Positions 1 to 12,519 are shown, counted from the first letter of the stretch. The stretch: DNA of 64,000 nt from Octopus bimaculoides (GCF_001194135.2 NC_069001.1:34816597-34880596); one strand, 5' to 3'. Made by a program: numbers and translations. Notes: generated by a model from the sequence alone, not told the origin.

Positions 1-314
1 ATAACATCGCCATCACTGTTGATCACTCCGAACACCATTATGTTGACTGTATGTTTGATTTTTATCACTCTTGGTACATGTCCTTAGATTGCACTGTCCT
101 CAGATTCACACCCAAACCCTCTGAAATGCCAAGCAGTAGAGCATGTTGTTTCCAAATTTCAGGCAGAGTGAATTGCATCAAGTTGCTGTTTTTCTCACAG
201 ATGGTGCCCAACTGACCCTACTATATTGTGTAGCTGACAAAATTAAAAACACACAATGTGCCTGCACAAAATTAAGAATATAAAACGGTGACAATTTAAC
301 CACCGCACCCTCTA
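1..314 (-). mobile_element. Internally deleted Tc1/mariner-superfamily DNA transposon (left end plus transposase remnants; runs off the window start)
   Basis: The minus strand reads TA-GAGGGTGCGGTGGTTAAATTGTCACC (TA target plus TIR-like end). ATG at 178 gives MQFTLPEIWKQHALLLGISEGLGVNLRTVQ (HTH-like LGVxxRTV). From 80 to 3 another frame gives HVPRVIKIKHTVNIMVFGVINSDGDV, matching the Tc1/mariner KHxxxVMVWGxI motif. Confidence 0.75.
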
Positions 315-604
315 TATATATATACATATATATATATATAAAAAAGGGCTTTCTTGGTGGCTTGTTATAAATTCTTCAATGTAAATTCATGAGAAAGGTT
401 ATTAATATGGAATGACGGAATGGAATGACGGAATGGAATAGGGGAACAGTCAATAGCTGTGGCTGTTGATGTATGCAACATGGCAGCACATGCAGCAACA
501 GCTGAAGAAGAACAAAGAGATAACTGTGATAATTTAAACATGTCATGTAAATAGGGGACAGATGAAGGAGTGAGGAAAAATACGAAGGGGTCAACGTGTT
601 GGCG

Positions 605-1910
605 GTGGCGGCGATGGTGGTGGTGGTGGTGGTGATGGTGGTGGGAGTGGCCTTAGGTACTGGAAACAAAACGGAATAAAGAATACTTGAAGATGAGGAA
701 ATGGTTAAAGTCTAGAGACGAAGTGAAACAAGTGGTTTTATGATGTATGGAGAGTTACTGCTTTCTAAGGAAAACCTCATTAATGCAATACTGGTTGCCA
801 CATGTTGTGGAATTATTTGAGATTGAAGATGACACCAATGATGACGATGACGACTACGATGACGACGGTGACAGTGCATGTGGTGGGCAATGGAGTGAGG
901 ACGTTAACGAGGATGATGATGATGATGATGTTAAAGATGCGGAGTGTGAAACACTGTGTGCGGGTGTGGGTGTCTGCAGTGGTGGTGGTGGTGGTGGTGG
1001 TGGGGAGATGCAGGTAAATCCATGTATTTGAAATTTTTGTTATGATGATGATGATGATGGTGGTGGTGGTAATGCTGCAACTGATAATGAGGATTATGAT
1101 GATAAAGAGGAGGAGGAGAGAAAGAGATGGAAATATTTTCGGGACATCAAATTCAAGATTGATGATGATAATGAGGAGGAGGAGGAAGGGGATGAAGAAG
1201 AAAATAAGAGGAGCAGGAAGAGAGAGAGGAGGAGGGAGGGGAGGAAAGAGAGAGAGATGGTCATATTCCTTGCGTACAAAATTCAAGAATGACAATGATG
1301 ATAATGACGATGATGATGATGATGATGGCGATGACGATGACGATGACGATGACGACGACGACGATGATGAAGATACACTGAGAAAGGTGGGAAAGAGAAT
1401 CTTTGAATATTAAATTCTTCTATGATGGTGATGATGACAAGGGGAGAAAGGGGTGAGGCAAGAGAAATAGAGAGAGAGAGAAAGAGAGAGAGAGAAAGAG
1501 AGAGAGAGAGATGGGTATATTTGTTGGGCATAAAATTTTGGGTCAATATTAATGTCGATGATGATGATAATGATATCAAGAGAGAGAAAGAGAGAAAGAG
1601 AGAGAAGGAGAGAGAGAGAGAGAAGGAGAGAGAGAGAGAAAAGGAGAAGGAGAGAGAGAAAAAGAGGTGAGAAAAGAATCCTTGTGGATGGAAATCCTGG
1701 AACAACAATGAATAACTACCTTGTTGGTTATAATGATGATGACGCTCATGATGACGATGATGACGATGACAAAGATGAAGGTAAAGGTGGTGGTAGTTGT
1801 GGTTATACAGACCGAGAGAGAGAGAGAGAGAGTGAGATGGTGGAGAGAGAAAGAGAGATGAGGGAGAGAGATGATGAAGAGAGAGAGAGAGAGAGAGAAA
1901 GAGAGAATGC
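605..1910. repeat. Low-complexity cluster of (GGT)n, (GAT/GAC)n, (GGA)n and (GA)n
   Basis: Directly visible tri- and dinucleotide runs. Confidence 0.9.
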
Positions 1911-2061
1911 TTCTTTATACATAGAATTCTAGAGGATCAGATATTTGTATAAATGTGACATAAACCGATGCCAATATGCAACAGCAGGGAACAAAACAAT
2001 CACATGGCTAAGCATTGTTGTAGCTGTTTTTGTTGTCCTATATTTATCAAACACTGTGGAC

Positions 2062-2095
<34 letters not shown>

Positions 2096-2384
2096 GTATA
2101 TATGTGTGTATGTTTAATGTTATGAACCCAACGGAAAAGAAGCAACATGTACATTGGTGTATATTGGTGTGATCTTCGTAACAGGAGTTATTGAAAATCT
2201 GTACAGCTTATTGTCCAGTGAAGTAGAGGGCTAACAAGGGAGAAAGCTTAATTGGGAAATGTAATTAAAGTTATTTCTTGGCCTACAGACCTTCGTACAG
2301 ACCACGAATAACTGAATTAATTAACAGACCTTAATGAACAGGGGAGGATCAAATATGAATAGAGTTTCTCTTATACAGGTTCCC

Positions 2385-2860
2385 GTGTATCTATCTATCT
2401 ATCTATCTATCTATATATATATATATGTATATAAATATACATAAATAGAAAAGAGAGAGAGAGAAAAAAGAAACGTATATATGTATGTACATACGAATGA
2501 ATGTGTGTGTATTTGCCTGTACGCAAATCTATGTGTGTGTATATGTGTATATATATGTTTGTGTGTGTATGTGTGTGTGTAAGTATATCTATGTATCTAC
2601 GTATGCATGTATCTATCTGTCTATCTATCCATCCATCCACCCATCCATTTATCTATCCATTCTTCCATCTATCTATCTATCTCTCTATCTGTCTGTCTCT
2701 CTGTCTTTATATCTATCTCTCTCTCCCTCTCTCGACATATACACACACACACACACATATATATATATATTCATATATTCATGCATAAATATTTGTATAC
2801 ACATATATGTGCATATATATGCATAAAATGTATGAATGTGCGTGTGTGTGCATATGTATG
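2385..2860. repeat. Compound microsatellites (ATCT)n, (TA)n, (TG)n, (ATCC)n
   Basis: Directly visible. Confidence 0.9.
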
Positions 2861-3354
2861 AAATGTGCCAAGTGTGTTTGATTGTCAAAAGTCATAGCTC
2901 TCTAGGGCTGAGATGGTAGAAGCACAAATGTGTTGGCATTTATTACATACTGTTTTTTTCCATTCTCATTCGTGACTTTCTTTGCTTTCTGCATTTGTCT
3001 CAGAGTCAAGTGGGGACTGTTAATTCAATCATGTTTGGTTGTGATGGAATCATTCTCTGCAAAGAATTTTGGCAAATTTCAAACTTCTTGTTAGGAATAT
3101 TGCTTTTCGGGAAAATTGAGAGTTTCTCATGTAGAATTGGATCAACAGGCAAGTGAGCTAAGAATATGTTTCCAAGGTGATCCAAAGAGGAAAAAAACAA
3201 TTCTGTTTATATTGCATTGTGAATCATTGTACTGTCACCTTGCCAACAAAGACAAAAGAAAAAAAAAGAAAGCCATTTAATTTTCAACCCCTTATTTTCT
3301 AGCATAAAGCCACCCCCACTCCCACCTTGTAGTTTAGGGTCCAGCAAACTGCCT

Positions 3355-3555
3355 AGCAGCTTCACTTGTGCTGATGGCATGAGGAATGCATCCAGTGCAG
3401 TCTGTAAAGGGGTGTGTGTTAGGATGGGCATCCAGCCAGAGAAAATATGCCAAAGTAGATATTAGGCCACAATGCTATCCTGGGGCCTGTTGAATCCTGC
3501 CATACCATGCAACTCATGCTAGCATGGATCACAGATGTTTAATGATGTTGATGTT
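3355..3555 (+). mobile_element. Family C (RTE-related short element), diverged copy
   Basis: Contains TTAGGATGGGCATCCAGCC and ends CATGCTAGCATGG...GATGTTTAATGATGTTGATG, as in the other family C copies in the window. Confidence 0.6.
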
Positions 3556-4780
3556 TGCTTTATATTTATCTTTAAATTAAAATCATGAAAATTAAATTAA
3601 AGTCATGGAAAAGAACTCTAAATGAGTGTAATGAAAGATATTCTGGAGGATATAAACAAAGAAAGAAAAGTGAAATATAGACAAGCAACAACTGGCATAT
3701 GTGTTTATAAGCTTAATCAGTTATGATTTATCCCCAAAATAGCAATATAAGTACAGTCACTTGTTGTGTGTGTATGTAGCTATGCAATGGCATAAATACA
3801 TTATTATTTTGTGAGCTCAAAATCTCTAAATGAGCCAGAATAAGGCAGTAAAAGAACACACTAAGGAACAAAGCCTTGAATTTCGTCTTTTATACAATTG
3901 TTGTTGTTCAGCCCGAGTTAAGTCAGAGCAAAGATTCAGCAGAAGATAGAGGCATTGGGAACAAGATGCTATTGCAGTATCTTAGTTGCTTCATACATGG
4001 ACTATGTCATGAATGAGCAGGTTTGCAAAACTATCCTGCATTCAAAGCATGTATAAATGAATTAAACAAATATGTATATGAATATAATTAAGCAGAAAGC
4101 AGGGAGGTGTTCATAGTAGTCCTTCATAAATAGAAGTGAAAATATAACCAAGAAGAAGAAAGAAGAAAATTCAAGGTAGTTCTTTACAGCTGTTTCAGAG
4201 AATCAGTGACAAAAAGATGCAATAGTATGCATTATGCAAACATAGATAGATTCTAAATTGGTTTTAACAAATAAATATGAAATAAGCCAATCTAAAATAT
4301 AACAGAGTTGTCACCCATCACTTTTCTGACAGAAAATATTTAACAGTCGATACACAAACCTTTACATAATACCGGTGATATCAGAATGCAAGACAAACAG
4401 ACGTAATGATATATTAGTTATTATGACTACATTATAATTTCTGTCCATTCTTATTGTGTCTGTTAGAGAAATACATCAGGACTTAGAAGAAGATAAATTG
4501 CCATTTCCCAAGAATGTCGAATTACATGCATTGTATGTAAATTCACAGTGGAACAATAACAGTGTTATCTTCATTTGACAAGAGCCCCTCACTTTGACTT
4601 GAATACTAATTGGATAGAGAAAGGGGTGGAGATTTGGGGTAGGAACGATGTAGGGATCTCTTTTTTTTTTCTGTTATACTCCTCCCCTATGGTTTGAATT
4701 GCATGAACATTATGTGACATTATGTAGATTGATGGAAATAAACAGAGAAGCAAAAAATTAGACTAATAGTGAAATATATG

Positions 4781-4834
<54 letters not shown>

Positions 4835-4838
<4 letters not shown>

Positions 4839-4996
4839 TCAAATTCTGCCGAGGTCGACTTTGCCTTTCATCCTTTCAAGGTCGATAAATTAAGTACCAG
4901 TTATGCACTGGGCGTCGATGTAATCGACTTAATCCTTTTGTCTGTCCTTGATCGTCTCCTCTGTGTTTAGACTTCTGTGGACAATAAAGAAAGAAA
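4835..4996 (+). mobile_element. SINE-B, 5'-truncated, alternative 3' end
   Basis: GTTCAAATTCTGCCGAGGTCGACTTTGCCTTTCATCC core is shared with more than 10 copies. The 3' end matches the copy at 33235. Confidence 0.8.
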
Positions 4997-5920
4997 TATG
5001 AACATACTCATATACATACTTTCAGAAATAAAGAAAATTTGTAAATATATATATGCACACATACATATGTAATATATACATACATATACATATGTGTGTA
5101 TATATATATATTTATATATATATATATATGTATTACTTAGATGTCTATAAATACATACACAACTACACATACATACAACACGTGCATCATGCCTGTATAT
5201 GTATAAATATACTGTCATAATAAACACATGCATACATTAAAAACAACCTGATACTCCATCGGTTATTTAATGCACATATTTAATGCACTTTTGGCATAAC
5301 TTCTAAATAATGTCTCTGAATATTTTATCATCTTTACAATTTATTAATTTATATAAATACATTTTCACTGAATTTAATAAAATTAAATACTATTCTCTTG
5401 AATGCTTATTATATGTAAATTATACCATGAATCAATGCGTATATATGTCACCAAAAACAGAAAAATAACTCAAAATATGCACAAATTCTTCAAATATATG
5501 AAGCACGTATTCTATGTCTCCTTTTTATTGCTAAAATATATTCCTTATTTCAAGGCCAGCCTCTCTGATTAACATTTGACAGTTGACAATATATTCTTTA
5601 TTCTCTGATAGCATATTTTCCATTTCTTCTGTTCATAATATAATTTTTCCAATCACAATAAATATTATGTCATATATTATAATAGAAAAATATTTTTTTT
5701 GTCTCTCTTTGAAAGTATAAATATTTTCACAAAAATTCCATTACCAGTTGTCTAAAATTAATTTTGAAGCCTACTTTTCTAATATTCCATTCAATGAATA
5801 TGCCTTTTTACTTTTTTTTTTTTTGTATAGTCCTATATATTTTAACAAGATAATAAAAATTTTATTTACATTTGATCTCTATTGACGGGAAGCATAATTC
5901 ATGCTATATTCTTGGTAGTA

Positions 5921-6230
5921 GGGAAGGCACATAGCCTAGTAGTTAGAGGTGTTCAGCTTGTAATCCTTATGTCTTAGGTTCAAATCCTGGATCTACTGAT
6001 GTGTTTGTATCCTTGAGCAATTTGCTGAGTTCCATTTTTCTCCTCTTCTCAGTTATAAATGAAGACCAAACAAGTGCTGGCAGAGCTCTTCCTCTCTCCA
6101 ACTGTTTTTTTATTCTAAATGTGCTGCTCAGTCAAAGATTAGAAGAACCATGGGTGTGTCTATGTCCACCTGCAAGTACAGAGGCACCTAAAACAATTAG
6201 TGAGAGCATGGCACCTGTTCCCTAATGATA
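5921..6230 (+). mobile_element. SINE-D-like tRNA-headed SINE, old copy
   Basis: A-box-like TAGCCTAGTAGTTAG and B-box GGTTCAAATCC, followed by GTATCCTTGAGCAA. Confidence 0.55.
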
Positions 6231-7484
6231 GTTATTTGTAGATAAGAGCAGGTTCTCTTGTCCTCAACAGTATCAATTAGTTTTCTTCTGATACCAGTAA
6301 TATTCCACATATATTCTTTCGTGCTATAGCCTCTCCAACAAACAAAGCCAGTGCCTGCATATATACACATAGATACAATTTCAAACTGAAATACTGTTCA
6401 AATAATATTTGGAAAACTTTGGAATTTTCAGAAAACTTTTGCCATTTTGTAGGTGTGAAGATAAAAGATGAAAGGAATACACACACACACAAAACAAAAT
6501 TGGTTGGAAGTAGATAAATTTAAAGGAGAAATATGGATACGAAATAGAGACAAAAATAAATACAAACAAAACAAAAAAAAAAAGAAAACTGAACAAAATG
6601 GATAACTGAACATTAAAAGATCAGTCTTGAAAAGATGAGATGTTGCAAAAACATGTTGATATCTTTGATGATTTCATCCTCTCATAGATGTTACATAGTT
6701 TTTGGCCTCACGCAAATATTATAAAATGAAGAAAATGAAGATTTGGAATTTTATCTTATTTCTTTATTTTTGCATAATTTGCTTGTTTTTGTTTAGTTTT
6801 GTTTTTTGAAATTTTATTTCTTCATTTATTTAATGGCTATTTTCTTTTTTTTTTTTTTTTGTTCAGTCGTTATTTGTGGATTTATTGATTCTAAGTTCCA
6901 TGTAGCTGTGTAAGTTTGACATTGAGCCAATGTGTTGAAAAAAAATTCCAAAACAAATAAATAAACAGATAAATAAACAAACAAGGAAGTAAGATAAGGT
7001 TCAAGACAGTTATTTAGTTCCATGTGCCAAAATGTAATTATTCTACCTACTTACCTACCATTTCCAAAATTTCTTTAGTCTTTCTGTGTATCTAATTCTG
7101 TCTGGGGATATCTGAAAACTGGTAAAAACCTGCTTTTATCTTTTTTGAATGGTTTTTCTCTCTTACAAGTGATTGAGTGTGTATGTGTTGTTGTTAAAGT
7201 TCTTGTTATTGCTGTCGTTAAGCTCGGGTGAGTCCTAATTAAGGACCACAGTATCGAGTGTATCCTTACTTTATTTAAAACAGTAGGCTGAGATTTGAAT
7301 GAGATTTGGCTGTTATTTCTAGCATGGCAGACTACTGCAACCAGAGTCCAGACCACATAAAACTCTGCTCTGTACCACTTTTGCCCACCACCGTGTAAAC
7401 TTTTAAAAATAAACTACAGCCGTCACTCACAAGCGAGTATGCCATGTTATCATGTACCAGCAGCAACAGCAACAGCAGCTGCAA

Positions 7485-7730
7485 CATCATCATTGATTAA
7501 TATCTGTTTTCCATGCTGGTATGGGTTTGATGGTTGAGCAGGAACTGATAAATGAAAGGGCATCACAGAGGGCCGTTGTCTGCTTTGACATGGTTGTTGC
7601 AGTTGGATACCCTTCTTAATGCCAACCACTTGACTGTATGCCCAGGGCAGAGACTCCTCTTGACCTTCCTATTGGGAGGTCACGATACCTTGTGGTGAGG
7701 GGTGAGGATACAAATGCACAAGCACAACCA
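7485..7730 (-). mobile_element. Family C (RTE-related) copy
   Basis: (CAT)n tail, TTTCCATGCTGGTATGGGTTTGATGG and GGATACCCTTCTTAATGCCAACCAC. Confidence 0.7.
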
Positions 7731-8190
7731 CTCACACACACACACATCATTATCATCAACATCATCATCATCTTCCAGTGTTTTAAATTTGGGTTTTGTC
7801 CATTAATGGTGGGTGGCTGGATCTACCTCAATGCCATAGCAACCGAGGTAGGCAGGAGCAGCCCACCCTTAAACTTTGGGCTGGCTGGTGCTCATTCTTC
7901 TTTGCTATCATGAGGGTTTTTTTGGAGCTGGATTTTCTATAGGGATCATGCCCTTGCTTACTCCTAAACTCAGTTTCTAGACATGAGTGGTCCCGAGACC
8001 AAGGCCTCTACCATGATTTTTAATAAATGTGGTGGAAAACTAGCTTAGGAAGGCAGGGACACCACTCCCTGAGACCCCTTTCAGAGCCCCACTACCTCCA
8101 TGTAGTTTTCCAGCATCAGCCACGACTATGATCTCCCTGGGCTTGATGGTTCTTTTCAAGCACAGCATATTGCCCAACATTCAAAGGGTA

Positions 8191-8303
8191 ATTTTAAATT
8201 CTCAATCGCAGAATAATGCTAATAATATAGCCTGAACAGGATAAACTATCCCTATTTTGCAGAGAAAAGTGTAGGTGGCTAGCTGCGATTGAGAATTTAA
8301 AAT
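8191..8303. mobile_element. Small MITE-like element with perfect 21-bp terminal inverted repeats
   Basis: ATTTTAAATTCTCAATCGCAG (8191-8211) is the exact reverse complement of 8283-8303, with a 71-bp spacer. Confidence 0.6.
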
Positions 8304-8799
8304 CACTTCTTTAACTTTCTAAAAGACATCTCAACGCTTCTAAAAGCAAACTTCGTTTGTTTATTTACGTTTGTCGTAATTTGAATTTAATATTCAAAGG
8401 GTACCTTTTACGTGCCACTTACAGAACACTGGCATCGGCCACAACTGCAATTTCACTTGGCTTGACGAGTCCTCTCTCACACACACACACCATTCTTAAC
8501 CCATGCCAGTCTAATTCCGCTCAACTTTAGCAATAACTTTCTGACTATAATTTATAATATATCTCCTCCATATTGCTATTATCAGGCAAATATGATGTAA
8601 AGGATGAAGAGAAGTTTAAGAGAGACGAAGTATGGAATTAATTTTGACATTGCAGTAAGTTTAGTGAACAAGAATTCAGGGTGAATTTATTGTGTATCCA
8701 ACAGTGTAGAGACATACGTCACATTGTTGTAATCCGTTCGTTAATTATTCTGTTATATAATATTAAATTATTATATAATATTGAATTTTGGTCGTTATG

Positions 8800-9330
8800 T
8801 ACATTGTTGGCATCATCTTGATGATCATCATCATTGTTGTCATTGCTGTCGCTGTCGTCATCATTATCATTATAATCATCATCGTCATAATTTATCATCA
8901 TTGTAATCACCATCTCCACCACCGCTACTACCATCATTATCATTGTCATTATTGTCACCACTACCATGACCATTATCACTATCAACATCATCATTATCAT
9001 CATCATCATCATCATCATCCTTACCACTACCACCATCATGATCCTGATAATTGTCACTCTTGTTACAATTCAGATCATCATCTTCACCATCAACATCATC
9101 ATCACCACCACCACCACCACCACCATTTTCATTATTCTCTTCAACATTATCATAAACACCATTTGCATTATCATTCAAGATCATCTTCCTCATCATCGTC
9201 GTCGTCATCATCATCATAAACATCACTCTCATTATCATTTAGATCATCATCATAATCATCATCATCAAAGCCATTTTTTTACTGTAATCCCCACTATCAT
9301 CATCATCATCATCATCATCATCATCGTCAG
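8800..9330. repeat. Degenerate (CAT/CAC)n trinucleotide region
   Basis: Directly visible. Confidence 0.9.
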
Positions 9331-9447
9331 CAACAGCAGCCTCTTAATCCTATCCATTATCAACACCACAAGCAGCCACAGCACCAATATTCTGCTGTAA
9401 CTCGTGATCATTACAGCAAATGCCATTCTAAAACTGGGAGGCATGAG

Positions 9448-9928
9448 ATTGACAGGTCAACATAACTTTGTATCTCTGTTATTGATTTGTCCACGTAACA
9501 TTGTATATTTCAATGTTAATGACAGGTCAACATAACATTGTGTCTTCATGTTGTTAATTTGTCAACACAGAATTTGTATATTCATAATATTGACACATCA
9601 ATACAAAACTGTATCTGCATGGTAAAGACATGTCAACATTCCATTATATATTTGTAATATTGACAAGTCAACCTGACACTGTATCGCCATGTTATTGACA
9701 TGTCAACACAGTATTATAGCTCTATGCTGTTGTGACGACTGGGTTGCAATGTAACTCCTTGGTATTGACATGTCAACACATTACTCATACTCTGAACCAT
9801 TGATATGACAGTGTAACAATGTTATTGACAAGTCAACACAAAATTGTATCTCTGTGGTGATGACATGTCAACAGAGCATTATAACTTCATAGCACTGAAA
9901 TGTCAAGATTACAGCTTAACTCTGTGGC
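9448..9928. repeat. Degenerate ~35-bp minisatellite, ~14 units, each with a TTGACATGTCAA-like palindromic core
   Basis: Units read ATTGACAGGTCAACATAAC..., ATTGACATGTCAACACAGT..., ATTGACAAGTCAACACAAA..., GATGACATGTCAACAGAGC..., at about 33-37 bp periodicity. Confidence 0.8.
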
Positions 9929-9977
9929 TACAAAACACATATGTATGCGTGCATGCCTCTGTATGTGTGTATGTTAA

Positions 9978-10215
9978 TCTTGTGGTTAGGGTGTTGGACT
10001 CATGATTACAAGAATGTGGTTTCGATTCCTGGACCAAGTGGCGCATTGTATTCTCAAGCAGAACACTTCACTTTACGCTGCACATCTAACATGTGGCACA
10101 CTGTGCACCCCTTCAGATAATGTCCAATTTGATGGAGAGATTGAACTTAAGTACAGCATAAACAACTGATCGCTATGAATAAATCATCTGTGATGGTCAC
10201 TCAGCAAGAAACTGT
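9978..10215 (+). mobile_element. SINE-D copy
   Basis: GTGGTTAGGGTGTTGGACTCATG...GGTTTCGATTCCTGGACC (tRNA A/B boxes), then CAAGCAGAACACTTCACTTT. Confidence 0.75.
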
Positions 10216-10235
10216 GGCGCCCTCATCTGGTTTCT

Positions 10236-10289
<54 letters not shown>

Positions 10290-10292
<3 letters not shown>

Positions 10293-10475
10293 AAAACAAA
10301 TAGTAAATGAGTATATGCATATGTACGTACAGGTATGTGCATACCGACATCCACCTGTATGTATAGGTGCATATCTGGGTACAGGACATTGCAAACAAAA
10401 CAGAGACGAGAAAACACACAAGCCACATAGAGAACATTCTACTTCATCAGCTACCTCCGTTTCAACACCGGCATT
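10290..10475 (-). mobile_element. Unclassified repeat, homologous to 46040-46310, containing AGCTGATGAAG; probably Penelope-like
   Basis: The minus strand GAAACGGAGGTAGCTGATGAAGTAGAATGTTCTCTATGTGGC...TGTACCCAGATATG aligns with the plus strand at 46134-46260. Truncated by a gap. Confidence 0.5.
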
Positions 10476-10850
10476 NNNNNNNNNNNNNNNNNNNNNNNNN
10501 NNNNNNNNNNNNNNNNNNNNNNNNNNNNNNNNNNNNNNNNNNNNNNNNNNNNNNNNNNNNNNNNNNNNNNNNNNNNNNNNNNNNNNNNNNNNNNNNNNNN
10601 NNNNNNNNNNNNNNNNNNNNNNNNNNNNNNNNNNNNNNNNNNNNNNNNNNNNNNNNNNNNNNNNNNNNNNNNNNNNNNNNNNNNNNNNNNNNNNNNNNNN
10701 NNNNNNNNNNNNNNNNNNNNNNNNNNNNNNNNNNNNNNNNNNNNNNNNNNNNNNNNNNNNNNNNNNNNNNNNNNNNNNNNNNNNNNNNNNNNNNNNNNNN
10801 NNNNNNNNNNNNNNNNNNNNNNNNNNNNNNNNNNNNNNNNNNNNNNNNNN
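10476..10850. other. Assembly gap (N). Other large gaps: 15164-15262, 20137-20452, 21224-21937, 26691-27064, 28352-28624, 30127-30569, 38675-~38815, 39935-40000, 41843-42423, 53513-53795, 58003-58578, plus several ~10-bp gaps
   Basis: Runs of N, nearly all abutting microsatellites. Confidence 0.99.
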
Positions 10851-10931
10851 TAACCAGTGGAGTACCTGGAGGAGGGCTCAGTGGCCTTCTAATGTCTGTC
10901 TGCTTCTAACTTCATAATCACTTAAAACAAT

Positions 10932-11146
10932 TCTTTTCTTTTCTACTCTAGACACAAGACCCGAAATCTTTCGGGAGGGGGCCAGTCGATTAAATCGAAC
11001 ACAGTATGCAAATGATACTTAATTTATCGACCCCAAAAGGATGAAAGGCAAAGTCAACCTCAGAGGAATTTGAACTCAGAACACAAAGATAAATTACTGC
11101 TAAGCATTTCGCCCGGCATGCTAACATTTCTGCCTGCTCACCACCT
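10932..11146 (-). mobile_element. SINE-B, near full length
   Basis: Reverse complement of the head (GGTGAGCAGGCAGAAATGTTAGCATGCCGGGCGAAATGCTTAGC), GAGTTCAAATTCC core and TTGTGTCTAGAGTAGAAAAG tail. Confidence 0.85.
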
Positions 11147-12154
11147 TTCCCTTAGAACAATTAGCAAAGACATAGTACAGACTACCAACTTATATTGTCA
11201 TATAAGTGATGGCAAAACTCTTTAGAAAATTACTGACCTAAATTCCAAGGTTTCAGGTTCAAATCTTCCTCAGAACTTATATTGGGTAAAGTTTGTTGGG
11301 GCTTTTTTTTTGTTATTTTTTTTTTAAGTACAGCCGTTTATCTCATTTGTTTATTTCATCCAAGATAAATCATAATCCTCGTTTCCATTTTGTCATTTCA
11401 CATCCGATTGATTTATTGATTGATTGATCGTTTTTAGCATGGTTTTGACTTAGAGTCAGATATCAAATATCCGATGCAAAGTCACTAAACATAGATCTGT
11501 TTAAGCCCTGAAGAATGTACGTTTGCGTGTGTGTGTGTGCATGCATGTGTGTGTGTGTGTGAGTGTGTGTATGTGAGTGTGTGTATGTATATATATATAT
11601 ATATATATATACGAGTATGAATGGCTGTATTTGTGCATGTATGTGTATATGTATGGGTATGTTTACATATGCGTGTGTGTGTGGTTGTGAGTGAGTGTGT
11701 ATATGTATGTAAACATATGTACATGTGTGTATCACTATTGCAAATAATTACTGAACAGATGAGATATTAAGATGGCATCTCATAGACTACGTCTTTATAT
11801 CTTAATGCAGTTGCTGTTGTTGTTATTGTCATTATTGTTGTTGCTATTGTAGTTGTTGTTGATATCATTAACAATGTACTTGAAGATACACATAATGGAC
11901 ACTATACTCCTCGGTACACTTATAACTAAAAAGCGATGTGATGGCCACAGATGAAATGTCTTCAATCATAATTCTCCGATGATAACCTTTTTGTTTCCAT
12001 TTTCCTGCTGACACATGTTGTGCCTTTGTTGCAATTATTTTTAAAATAATGAAGAATTTAGTAAATGACTTTCTCATTATTAAATCAATCTATAATGGCA
12101 GCAAACTGGCAGAGTCATTAGCATGCTGAGCAAAATGCTTAGTGGTACTTCATC

Positions 12155-12325
12155 TATATTATTTATATTATTTACATTTGACGGATATTTGTCCTCATCT
12201 TGTTTGTTGCTAACACAATGTTTCAGCTGATATACATTCCAGCCTTCATCAGGTGTCTTGGGGAAATTTCAAATCTGGGATCTCATTCATTGAGGTATTT
12301 TTCGATGTTGTTGTTGTTATTATTA

Positions 12326-12376
<51 letters not shown>

Positions 12377-12392
12377 CATTATTATTGTATTG

Positions 12393-12441
<49 letters not shown>

Positions 12442-12519
12442 TGTTACTATTATTATTATTAGACAAATATCCCTCAAATGTAAATAATGTAAATAATTCC
12501 TCATCTCTTAAATATAGAA
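12155..12519 (-). mobile_element. Penelope-like / retrozyme-like short insertion with a hammerhead motif, 33-bp inverted repeats and an internal (ATT)n
   Basis: 12-bp imperfect TSD (12143-12154 / 12520-12531). Inverted repeat 12161-12193 vs 12462-12494 matches 31/33. Hammerhead core at 12212-12257. Confidence 0.65.
12212..12257 (-). ncRNA. Minimal type I hammerhead ribozyme-like motif (degenerate at two positions)
   Basis: GACAC CUGAUGA A GGCUGG AAUGUAUA UCAGCU GAAA CAUU GUGUU. Stem I GACAC/GUGUU and stem II GGCUGG/UCAGCU both pair, and the conserved CUGAUGA and GAAA boxes are present. Confidence 0.6.

Noticed and set aside
376-1932. Acidic and poly-T/M/E ORFs in the ORF track
   Set aside because: They are translations of (GAT/GGT/GA)n in several frames on both strands, with no splice or codon-context support.
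7049-7120. Perfect minus-strand donor TAG|GTAAGT at 7054
   Set aside because: It lies in a short (TAGG)-like context, there is no convincing acceptor, and the reading frames close.
8719-9400. His/Ile-rich ORFs of 112-144 aa
   Set aside because: (CAT)n microsatellite open in multiple overlapping frames.
9448-9928. CRISPR-like repeat-spacer appearance
   Set aside because: The spacers are homologous to each other, the core is only 12 bp, there are no cas genes and the context is eukaryotic. Kept as a minisatellite.
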